A stretch of DNA of 63,673 nucleotides, the filler included, from Octopus bimaculoides (lineage: Eukaryota), in NCBI RefSeq assembly GCF_001194135.2. It is 8 parts of 7 records of this genome, joined end to end, with 100 filler letters (N's around TTAATTAATTAA, not from the genome) between each part and the next. Parts side by side here need not be neighbours in the genome. Positions count along the whole stretch, not along the records: positions 32,323 to 53,566 come from NC_069000.1; positions 53,667 to 57,397 come from NC_068986.1; positions 57,498 to 60,221 come from NC_068988.1; positions 60,322 to 62,171 come from NW_026334456.1; positions 62,272 to 63,673 come from NW_026403418.1; 3 more parts are not named here. One strand, 5' to 3'. Shown piece by piece: positions 52,775-63,673 of this stretch. How positions within the stretch are numbered: the stretch's first letter is position 1; each line of letters begins with the position of its first letter. A model generated the notes under the pieces. The model saw nothing but the letters and a program-made list of their open reading frames with translations, did no database searches and was not told the origin of the DNA. Made by a program: the position numbers and the translations under genes.

Positions 52775-52962
52775 TAGTTTTTTTTTTATAACGTGCTTTC
52801 ACTTCACTACCGAGCGCAGCTCTGTGTGCCTTGGGTATGTGCTGTGGTTTGCTGTGATGCTCTTATGGTTACTGTATTGAAAGTGTTTTGCATAGGATGT
52901 GTGCAGTGCCCAGTAGTGCAATTTTCTCTATGTTATATATATCTGTAAGTCCTGGTGTTTTT
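52771..52962 (-). mobile_element. Second, extremely 5'-truncated copy of the same R4-like LINE
   Basis: KTPGLTDIYNIEKIALLGTAHILCKTLSIQ* plus the same 3' UTR and a (TAA)n tail at 52712-52770. Confidence 0.9.
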
Positions 52963-52996
<34 letters not shown>

Positions 52997-53500
52997 CAGT
53001 AGTAGTAGTAGTAGTAGTAGCAGCAGTGTAGTCGGGTGTCAGAGTTGATATTGTTGTTGCAATTACTGTTGTTTCATAACTGCTTTGGTTATTGACGCCA
53101 TTTTCTTTTGTTGCTGTTTGCAATCCGTGCTTTCGCGACGTACAAACCACTGGCCATCTCGAACACCCCCGGGCCAGCTGTCCGTCTGTCTGTCCGTCCA
53201 TCCGCCCTCCTGTCTGACCGCCTGTCCGAAAGCTCTCAGTAGCTCCTCAGTTCCATCAATTCCAGACTCTGTAAAACTCTATTTAGATACAGTTGTTGGC
53301 CGACGGGAACAAAATAACTATATCGGTGGATGTACTACCAGCTAAATCACCCCCTGCCCTTGCAAAAGTAGTGGGAAGGGGAGGAGAAAAAAAGGGAGTG
53401 GAGGCTAGGCATTGTAGGTTGGTGATTGGTAGAGAGTTTGAGGTAGTCAGGGTTGAAAGTTATTGTAGATTGGATGGTTCACATTTACATGCATACATAC

Positions 53501-53549
<49 letters not shown>

Positions 53550-54471
53550 CGTATATATATATATATNNNNNNNNNNNNNNNNNNNNNNNNNNNNNNNNNN
53601 NNNNNNNNNNTTAATTAATTAANNNNNNNNNNNNNNNNNNNNNNNNNNNNNNNNNNNNNNNNNNNNTTTTAGTTTCTTCAGAAATTCGGTCACTCACAGA
53701 GTAGACATGAAGTTTAGATGTTTAAGTAAAAACTCATGCTTAAGCTTTTTATAACAAGATGCCGCAAGGACGTATTTATTCCCCTAGATTTTATCGCACC
53801 CCACCCCACCAAAAACTTGCAGCGTGTTACTTTTAATACAGATATCACAGATCCGCCACCACTGTCTTAAAAATCAAAATCTTTTGTGAGAATATTATTT
53901 TCAGGCAGGGCCAATACTAAGGAAGTGAGGGGCCAAATTAGAGAATTGTCAGTAGGGTTCTCTGTTCTACAAAAGCTGAAGATTGATGTTTTATGTTTTG
54001 TGTAGTATGCCAGTCTCAGCTAACAAGCATCGAAGGCTTGAGGCTCCACCATTAGCCACTGGAAGCTCATATGAAAGTTTTAATGTTTTATTTATTACAA
54101 ATCAAGATAATTACTGACGTACTGTTTGTGAACAGGCCTTGTGCTTGTTGAGATAACTGAGCTGAATATGATTCCCTGCCTGTCAGACGCTGTCAGGCAC
54201 TCATTTCGCAGAAAATAAATATCGCAGTTAAACAAAACGTTTTTCTAAAGCTATCGGGTAAAACCGTCTGTCACACGAGAAGCCAAGAAAGAACCCTGTG
54301 GATATTTTTGCTTAACGCAGACAAAAGGTTTAATTCACCATAGCATCCTCCGCTCGAACGTATGCGTGGAGCCTTAACATGGCGCGGGATCCAATTTGAA
54401 CAGATCTATCCAAATGGCTTAAAACTGGCCCTGTTTGCAGGTACCAGTGTAAGATTTTTTCTACTACTTAC

Positions 54472-54564
54472 CCTTGTTCCTTTGTATGAAAAAACTGTCA
54501 ATGACCTCATATGAGAAGTTGTGTACCATTCCACTTGTACCAACAATTAATAAGATGAGTACAA
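54472..54564 (-). CDS. Candidate 93-nt phase-1/phase-1 exon of an unidentified host gene
   Basis: ttaacag acceptor and GG|GTAAGT donor; reads VLILLIVGTSGMVHNFSYEVIDSFFIQRNK with no stop; lies in repeat-free sequence. No homology recognised. Confidence 0.3.
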
Positions 54565-55807
54565 CTGTTAACTACCATAATATATTTAATTTAATAACTA
54601 AGTGAATGTAACTTTTAGCTTAGCTTTACAGTTCCCCTTGGTACAACATTATAATCATTCAATATTTCTATGCTGGTTATTAATATACAATTGTAATTTT
54701 TATCATGTAAGATATTGTCAGAACTATTATATAATATCAGGTGTTCTGTCTGCATGCTAAAGTTCTATAGAATTTTCGCATTGTAATTTCCTAAGAGAGC
54801 TGGCGGTTCATAATATTTTTTTCTCTTGTTGAACTTGAGCGTCGAGAAATATATAAAACAGCTTCACGTCGTTTTTATGTCTCCAGATACATTTGTCTGT
54901 AGTTAATGGTGAACAACCTGATACAATGCTAATTGTAAAGTGAGGTGAAAACGAAGTCGTTGGTTTTTCTTTATTTTCTTTCTATTTTTTTTTTTTTTTT
55001 TTTTTTGCTCGGTTAGAATATGAAAAAGAGTTCATATTCTGGGAGCGAAAGGTGTCAACAGCTTGATATGAAACCAAAATGCTTGTTACGTCTTAAAACG
55101 GAAGAGAATATTCGTATCAAAAATTATGCAACACTATGTCCTCCTCCAATACACAAAGAGCAGCATATGATGATGCAAGACCTTCTGACACTTGCACCAA
55201 TTTACTGCCTTGGATCGGTATTTCTTTTATCAACTTCAAAAGGGGCGTATGCAGAACTGATTTCAGTGGGATTTGAATCTTGAGCGCAGAGAATCGGGAC
55301 AGGTATCAGGAGTCGTTCTTTCCAACGCTCTAGCGATTCTATCACTTCGCTGTCGAGTGTAAACTTCAAAACGGAGGGAAAAATTATAGTTAAAAAAAGA
55401 AAAGGTTCGTACATGCAAACATAAAACGAACAAGAGCTCAGATGGTTAGAATTGCATCTGATTTAGACAGAAGGTCAGTAATTTGTTGGAAAGGGGTTAG
55501 TAGTACTTTATTTTAACGATCCTGAAAAGATGAAAGGCAAGGTTGATCTCAGCATGATTTGAACTCAGAGCGCAACGAGTCAGAACAATTTCCGCAAAGC
55601 TTTTTCCCTTTTCGCAGATAAACAACTGCTTTTATAAAGTTTATAGTAAGCATTAACTAGTTTAATTTTAATGTTAGTTAGATCAGACATTACAAGCCGC
55701 TAAAAGTTCCATTAAAAGGATTCGAACTTGTCGGCTCACAACGTTATCGATTTCACTACACAAGACTGGCCAAATACTCGATCCAAATGAGGTACTAGGA
55801 ATATTGT

Positions 55808-55999
55808 GTGACAGCTAGTCGTATGTACATTGGAGCACTTCATTTTGTAAGTATAGGCCTAATTGACAGTTTGCATATGCTTAGATTTTCAGAAAAAGAA
55901 AAAGATGTCAATCAACTGATTCGCACATTAAAAATACAATCTGTAAGCGGAACAGCAAAACTATGCAAGACTTTTCTCAGGTTTAAAATGCGATATTGA
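55808..55999 (+). mobile_element. RLE-type (R4/NeSL-like) LINE C-terminal remnant, a different lineage
   Basis: IGALHFVSIGLIDSLHMLRF...LIRTLKIQSVSGTAKLCKTFL matches the IGALG...LQ...GT.KI.K terminus. Confidence 0.6.
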
Positions 56000-56241
56000 T
56001 TTCGTTATTAACATTACAAAGATGTCAGAAACCAGCTCCTTCTTCAGAGGAAGAATTTAAATGATTAAAAACAGAAGAGACACATACATACATACATCGT
56101 TATTATTGGGGCCTTGGGATATGTAGCACGCTGCCTAAATACCAATATTGAGAAATTAGGCTTCTCAAAACCAGAAAGGAGAAAGCTAATTCGAAGACTA
56201 AGCCAACACTGGAACTGTAAAAATCTGTAAAACTCTCCAGA

Positions 56242-56617
56242 ACATTATTTACAATTGACGGATATTTGTCCTCATTTTGTTCGTTGTTAATACAACGTTT
56301 CGGCTGATATACCCTCCAGGCTTCATCAGGTGTCTTGGGGAAATTTCGAACCTGGGTTCTCATTCCTAATGTATTTTTCGATGTTGTTGTTATTATCATT
56401 ATTATCATTATTATTATTATTATTATTATTCAACTCGGAATCTTCGGGTTAGTAGCCTGCGCTTTTAACCACTATACCATATGCCCGTGGGCAATTATGG
56501 AGTGAACTTTAGGCCTTATAAATTTAATATGATGAAGCCTGGAGGGTATATCAGCCGAAACGTTGTGTTAACAACGAACAAGATGAGAACAGATATCCGT
56601 CAATTGTAAATAATGTA
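56242..56617. mobile_element. Penelope-like terminal-repeat segment, locally inverted-duplicated (56242-56328 versus 56530-56617), each copy with a hammerhead-like core
   Basis: (c/a)tgatgaagcctggagggtatatcagccgaaacgttgt(a/g)ttaacaacgaacaa(a/g)atgag...atatccgtcaattgtaaataatgt occurs on both strands. Confidence 0.75.
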
Positions 56618-57498
56618 ACGAATGTACATAATTCCTCATCTCTTAAATATAGAACTGAACTTTCCAGAAGTTTATCATTTAAATATATATGAGCATGTCT
56701 CGATATGCAACTATATGCATGAGAATACATACATAAAGCAAAACATACAAATCTGAACATATACATACATACATACATACATACATACATACATACATAC
56801 ATCCATACATACATACATACATACAAAGTACCCTGTTGTTGATGTTGAAATTCAAATGAAGGAGCTTTGGATCTAGGTTAGAAACCGGCTCTTACTCTAT
56901 TGGCAAGAAATCTTGANNNNNNNNNNNNNNNNNNNNNNNNNNNNNNNNNNNNNNNNNNNNNNNNNNNNNNNNNNNNNNNNNNNNNNNNNNNNNNNNNNNN
57001 NNNNNNNNNNNNNNNNATATATATATATATATATACATACATATAAACGTATATACATACATGCATGCATAAATATACATGCACATACATACATATATAC
57101 ATACATACATATATCCATACATACATACATACATACATACATACATACGTTCACTCATACATACACAAGTACGTACATACAAACATGCATGCATACATAC
57201 ACGTAAATGCCTACGTACGCACACGCACATGCACACGTGCGCATACGTGCACATGCGTATAGCACACATGCAGGTGCATGCCTTTACTTCTTACTTCCTT
57301 TCTGATTTCTGTTTTGTATTTTTCACACACACGGCCAAACACACATACACACACACACACACACACATTTATACATAAATATGCACACACACGCACANNN
57401 NNNNNNNNNNNNNNNNNNNNNNNNNNNNNNNNNNNNNNNNNTTAATTAATTAANNNNNNNNNNNNNNNNNNNNNNNNNNNNNNNNNNNNNNNNNNNNA

Positions 57499-57563
57499 CT
57501 AACCGTAACCCTGACCGTAACCCTGACCCTAACCCTAACCCTGACCCTAACCCTAACCCTAAC
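57499..57563 (+). repeat. Telomere-type hexamer array (CCCTAA with CCCTGA/CCGTAA variants), about 11 units
   Basis: ctaaccgtaaccctgaccgtaaccctgaccctaaccctaaccctgaccctaaccctaaccctaac directly after a scaffold spacer. Confidence 0.9.
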
Positions 57564-59010
57564 ACTAGTTTTGTGAGATTTGGCTGTTATTTCTAGCATG
57601 TAAATAGCCTGCTTGGTGGGGGGGGAATTGAAATTTTTCAAACAATTTTTATCAGAATCGGAATCTCCATAGCCTAAAACGTGGGATTCCGTAAAAAAAA
57701 AATAATAAATAAGGGGGGGAAAGGTTCAGATTACATATAGTCCGTCTAAGGCCACTGAATTGTAACGAAAGAACTCTGGTCGAACAAAAACCTGAAAAAC
57801 AAATAGCGAACATCACATAAATAGTGCTTGTGTTTTTATTGGCAAAACCAGCAACATGACCTCCCGTCCACAATGCTTCAAAAGACAATAGGCCATACTA
57901 AAGCACCGTCTTTTATTTGAAGAAATCAACGCCAGGAATTATTCTTTGGAAGCCTCGTATTAATTCTATCGCCTCTTTTTTCGAACCGCCAAGTTACAGG
58001 GGCATAATCGCATCAACATTAGTTATCAGGCGATGGTGGGGGTGACATACAGACACACAAATACATACATTCGTATGTATATGCATGCGTGTATGTGTGC
58101 TTGCATATGTACCTACCTACCTCTCTCTCTCTCTCTGTACATATATATATATATATATATANNNNNNNNNNNNNNNNNNNNNNNNNNNNNNNNNNNNNNN
58201 NNNNNNNNNNNNNNNNNNNNNNNNNNNNNNNNNNNNNNNNNNNNNNNNNNNNNNNNNNNGTGATAATATACGGTAAAGCTATATAACCGGAGGAGAGCTT
58301 ACTCTACAAGTAGAGAAGTGGGTAAATATAAATAGACCTCGTAACGATACCAGCTACCAAATGGTTTCACGGCGAACTGGGGCCCCAAGTGAACTTTGTA
58401 AAGTCATTGGGGAGAATCCTGAACCGATTATCGAGGTCTATTTATATTTATATATATATCGTATATTTATAAAGAGGGCAAATTTAGCCATTTCTCCGAA
58501 GATTGAAAAAAAAAAGAATGAAAAGGATGAATCAAGACTAAAGTTGGAGTTGAAAAAAAAGGCACTTACCCAGGCAGTGGTCAAGCAAATAATGGTTGTT
58601 TTGTATTGAAAGAATTCTGAAGGGGCTTTATTTTTAGACTGGGGTCAAACGGTCGAATCTATTCAACCATGTTTTAAGTCTTTAGCAACATCAATTACAA
58701 AGAACTTGGGAGTGGTACTAAAAGATGGAGAGAAGTGTTGACAGACGTGGGAGCTGTCTTCAATAATTCAAGTAATGCTATATATTCAAAATTAACCATA
58801 CATGCTGGTTTTGTTGTTGTTATTGTCACTTACTTCTTTGTATTTTGACGCTACTTGCCTTCAGAACTCTCTAGGGAATTTTATGCTAGTTCATCACTTT
58901 TATTTATTTATATATTTATTTTTTTCTTTGTTTTGAAACGAGATCGAACTTCAACATTTTATACCGATAGATTTTAGACACTTTTTTTCTGCAACTGGTA
59001 AGATTATGTA

Positions 59011-59094
59011 GGGGGTGCAAATTTTGATCTTGCACCCCCTGAAAATTCTAGGGGGTGCGGGTGCACCCGCTGCACCCCCTGTTCCCGGGCCCTT
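59011..59094. mobile_element. Probable hAT-type MITE terminus with paired GGGGGTGC/GCACCCCC motifs
   Basis: gggggtgcaaattttgatcttgcaccccct and gggggtgcgggtgcacccgctgcaccccct, followed by cccgggccct. Confidence 0.45.
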
Positions 59095-60021
59095 GACTCT
59101 ATGTTCGATTTATTACTCGTCGAAGAAAAGGTTATTATATTAAACTAGTTGGTGCCAACAGCTCTGCATTTTGCATAAAATTTTTATGACATATTTCACT
59201 GAAAACATGAAAATTAAGCTGATTAGATCAATGAGTCTATTCTGGATGTGTTCTTTAAATATTATTTAGGATCTGCGGTTTTTGTATATCTGACTGTGAA
59301 ATTGTGTTTTAATTTATGATGATGTGGCATAAATGTGAATAATATATATATATACACACATGCTAATAATACGTATGTATGTATATATGTATGTATGTAC
59401 GTATGTATGTATGTATGTATGTATCTATGTATATGTGTGTGTGTGCATGTAAGTATGTATGTATGTGTGTATGTTTAAATATGAATCTGTATGACTGTGT
59501 CGATATGAATCAATACTTATATGTGAAAATACATATAATTATTTATATATAATTTAACGTTCTGTATACATGACTAAATATGTGAGGAAGAGAAAGAATA
59601 AAAGATACAAAGAGAGAGTGTGTTTGAGAAAGAAAGAAACACAGACAGAAGTAAATATGTATGTATGGATATGTGTTTGTATGTGCGTGTGTGCGTACTT
59701 ATAAGGGATGATTCATATGTGGATTTTAGTGGTAGCTTTTATAAGTTAGTTGTTTCTGCATTATACTATTAGTTAATAAAAAATTGCACGAAAAGGAGAA
59801 ATAATATCCCTCTGTGCTTGTCCGTGAGAATAACGTATTGAGCTAAAATCAGAATGCACGATACGACAGAAAGTAGTGCATTGTACTTTACTGCTAGGGA
59901 TAATATATATTTTTGGTGGGTCGCATAACGTTATGATTCTGCATTCTGCATGTATTGTGTATTTGTGTGTAACTGTTTACGTTTGTGTATTTTTGTATAA
60001 TATGTATATCATATAAGAATA

Positions 60022-60059
<38 letters not shown>

Positions 60060-60619
60060 TTCAAGGTTGAATATGGTACTTATGCGTAGGCACCCGAATA
60101 TCGCATCCCAAAAGGATAGGTGATTAAAATCAAAAAATAAGCAACACGGATTTCAAAGGCGATTTCAGTACGCACGTTTCATGCTACTTCAATTTATTTA
60201 AGTAATGCGAGCATTACCTTANNNNNNNNNNNNNNNNNNNNNNNNNNNNNNNNNNNNNNNNNNNNTTAATTAATTAANNNNNNNNNNNNNNNNNNNNNNN
60301 NNNNNNNNNNNNNNNNNNNNNACATATATATATATATATATATATATGCACATACATACATGCTTATTGATGTAAAACATTAAAAGAAACTCGAAGAAAA
60401 GGAGAAAAACGACAGAAAACAAGAAACGAAGACAACATAGAGAAACTACTGACAATATATAGTCAATGTCCAGAGACATGTAGAGTCTGTCTTAAGAATA
60501 GAAGGAGTATTGCAAGTCATTGCGACGAAGCGTACATGTCTCGCTCCAAATTTATAACAACAACAACAACAGCTACAACAGAACAACAACAACAACGACG
60601 ACGACGACAATGATACTGG

Positions 60620-60650
<31 letters not shown>

Positions 60651-60819
60651 AGAAGAACGATGCAATATTGCACCAGGCCAGACAGTTCAATTTGCCCCAC
60701 CCACAGTCACTTTCATCGACATTGCACTTATTACAAATCTTTCGCGCACGCCCTTGCTTGCAGCGTTTCTTGTATACATACATACATATATATATACACA
60801 TACATACATACATATATAC

Positions 60820-60850
<31 letters not shown>

Positions 60851-60899
60851 CACATACATACATACATGCATGCATATATTTATATAAACATGTTTTCGT

Positions 60900-60945
<46 letters not shown>

Positions 60946-61007
60946 GTATATGTATATATATATACATATATATATATGAGATTATGTATATGTATATATG
61001 TATGTGC

Positions 61008-61047
<40 letters not shown>

Positions 61048-61077
61048 ATACATACATCATATATTTACATATAGTGA

Positions 61078-61300
61078 AGGTGCAATGGCCCAGTGATTAG
61101 GGCAGCGGACCCGCGGTCGTAGGTTCGAGGTTTCGATTCCCAGACCGGGCGTTGTGAGTGTTTATTGAGCGAAAACACCTAAAGCTCCACGAGGCTCCAG
61201 CAGGATGTGGTGGTGAACCCTGCGCTAGTCTTTCACCACAACTTTCTCTCACACTTACTTCCTGTATCAGTATTTCAAAGGGCCAACCTTGTCACACTCT
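61078..61300 (+). mobile_element. tRNA-derived SINE (family 4)
   Basis: ggtgcaatggcccagtgattagggcagcggac...ggtttcgattcccagaccgggcg: A and B boxes followed by a non-tRNA body. Confidence 0.75.
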
Positions 61301-61671
61301 GACAAAACCAATAAGATCAAACCAATAAANNNNNNNNNNNNNNNNNNNNNNNNNNNNNNNNNNNNNNNNNNNNNNNNNNNNNNNNNNNNNNNNNNNNNNN
61401 NNNNNNNNNNNNNNNNNNNNNNNNNNNNNNNNNNNNNNNNNNNNNNNNNNNNNNNNNNNNNNNNNNNNNNNNNNNNNNNNNNNNNNNNNNNNNNNNNNNN
61501 NNNNNNNNNNNNNNNNNNNNNNNNNNNNNNNNNNNNNNNNNNNNNNNNNNNNNNNNNNNNTTGATTCGTTCAACTATAAATTCTTAGCGGAGGTGCCCCA
61601 GCATGGCCGCAGTCTAATGACTAAAAGAAGTAAAAGATAAAAGATATATAAATGTATGTACATGCATATAC

Positions 61672-61737
<66 letters not shown>

Positions 61738-61796
61738 TTGTATGTATATGTAAGTATCTATATATCTATATATATATCTATATATATATCTATATA

Positions 61797-61829
<33 letters not shown>

Positions 61830-62138
61830 AGAAATATTTATACATACTCACACACAAGCACGCACTCGCGAGGACAAATACTCACACACATACACATGCA
61901 TACATTGGAATATATGATATGTGTTTGCGCGTATGTGTATATGTTAGCGTTTTGTGCTCGTACGATTATGTATATATACACCCCCCGACCAAACACACAC
62001 ATACATATATTTCATAACCCATGTCTCTATTACTAAACTTCGTACAATTGATACGAAGACATGCCTTAGATCTTTGTCTCAGCTATTAAACTTTTGACAA
62101 GTGATATAAGCACATACATAGACACTCACACACACACA

Positions 62139-62171
<33 letters not shown>

Positions 62172-62271
62172 NNNNNNNNNNNNNNNNNNNNNNNNNNNNN
62201 NNNNNNNNNNNNNNNTTAATTAATTAANNNNNNNNNNNNNNNNNNNNNNNNNNNNNNNNNNNNNNNNNNNN

Positions 62272-62738
62272 AATTAATTCTGAGAAATACTGCACACAAC
62301 TGGACGAGTTAAAAGCAGAAAGTCAAGAGAAACGCACAGAATTGGCCAACAGGAAGAGTGTTGTTTTCCAGCATGGTAATGCAAGACCGCACGTTTCTTT
62401 GGGAACCAGATAAAAATTGCCGCAGTTCGGCTGGGATGTGTTACCCACCCTCCATACTCACCAGATATTGCTCCTTCGGATTTCCACTTATTCAGGTCTC
62501 TGCAAAATAGTCTTAATGGTAAACATTTCAATTCCTTGGATGACGTAAAAAGATACCTTGATGAATTATTTGCCATGAAACTACCTCAATTCTGGTATTC
62601 TCAAGTTAAAGGAAAGATGGAGACGCATTGTGCAACAAAATGGTTCATATTTGGTTTATTAAAGATGTAATGGCAAGTATTTATTGACCTTTTTCTTTCC
62701 TTTAAAAATCGGCACAAACTTTCCGGACAACCCAATAT
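62272..62738 (+). mobile_element. Mariner (DD34D) transposase 3' half with right TIR and TA
   Basis: INSEKYCTQLDEL...FQHGNARPH...WDVLPHPPYSPDIAPSDFHLFRSLQN...IVQQNGSYL, with one stop and a small deletion; ends aaaatcggcacaaactttccggacaacccaata-ta. Confidence 0.92.
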
Positions 62739-62869
62739 ATAAGTAAATTTAAGTCATCCATACCTTAAAGTAAAATAAAATAAAATTACACTAAGTTAAC
62801 GGTTACTCAAAATTCATTCACACTGCATTGTGCGAAAGTACATCTATATGCGTGTAGGCATCTTGATAG

Positions 62870-63590
62870 TTTTTAAGAAATTCTATTAAGTATCTTTTCG
62901 TTAGTCCACAGAATAGACAGGGTTTCCTCGGGGCAGAGACGGCTTCTCCTGGATATTGTACTGTATGGTTTGCATGTCTAACTATGGACCAAGTAATGTA
63001 GTATTTCGTATTAGCCTCCTACAGTCGCCATATAAAATCTGCCAAAGATATCGAATGTCTCTTATTGATTGACCTAAATCTGGCAACATGATTACGATAA
63101 TGATTCTTTAATGAATCAGCCGCCTGCCCAATGTAAATATAGGGCCCTCCCATTGTGTGCACGGTACATATATATACAAGATTTGTATTCATACAAAGAT
63201 TCATCAAAGGACATTTTGATTTATCTCTGCATGAGCATTTATCGTTTTTATTTGTATATAAAACAGTCCTGACTCCATTTACCGGCGTTGTTATCGTGTT
63301 GGATGTACCATGAGTATTGATGATTATCAATGCGGCTTACATTTCCTTGGTTGGCATTTAGATGTAAATGCTTGCTAGATCCAGTAGGTGCGTTATTGAA
63401 CCTTTGTCACATTTTGCTATTGTTTATGCGATGCATAAGCTGCTCCAAATCAGCAGAGCTAGCGTAGGATATCTTCACGTTGTGCCGATTAGAAATAGCA
63501 TGGTACCGATTGGATTTAGGAAAACACTTGTCCAAAGCAGCAAAAAAATTTCCATCGATCCTGGTTGAAACATGGAAACCGAAAACTCCA
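62870..63590 (-). mobile_element. Penelope-like element (Naiad-type CxCx5C linker plus GIY-YIG), fragment
   Basis: FFAALDKCFPK...HNVKISY...; KCSCRDKSKCPLMNLC...LVYICTV...YIGQ...LKNHYRNH..RF...SLADFIWRL; RLCPEE further 3'. Confidence 0.8.
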
Positions 63591-63673
63591 TTATATATAT
63601 ATATATATATATATTGTATGTATGTATATATATACATATATATATATGAATATGTATATATATATATATATAT

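Overview
AT-rich, repeat-saturated eukaryotic (animal) draft-assembly DNA with many N gaps. The SINE sequences and the (TA)n/(CA)n/(TACA)n/(TATC)n/(AAT)n microsatellite load resemble an Octopus-type cephalopod genome; this is recall, not a database result. No intact protein-coding gene could be identified, and nearly all ORFs in the supplied track are microsatellite or N-gap artefacts. Well-supported content: one intact-looking tRNA-Asn(GTT) gene (43118-43191, minus strand), about 25 tRNA-derived SINE copies from several families (often nested in each other or stacked in (AAT)n arrays), and decayed transposable elements. The latter include R4/Dong-like RLE LINEs, RTE, a Tx1/L1 RT, mariner, Tc1-like, pogo/Tigger, and Penelope-like elements including a CxCx5C Naiad-type fragment. 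Most worth a second look: (i) several minimal hammerhead-ribozyme-like motifs, two of them in a local inverted duplication; (ii) a near-perfect 356-bp fold-back palindrome; (iii) a 208-codon hydrophobic ORF open antisense to a stop-riddled probable Penelope RT; (iv) an (AAT)n-centred nest of SINEs and R4-like LINEs; (v) a candidate minus-strand host-gene exon; (vi) telomere-type repeats right at a scaffold join. The recurring N44-TTAATTAATTAA-N44 blocks are assembly spacers. All element family assignments are by-eye motif matches, and most element boundaries are approximate (about +/-10-20 bp).
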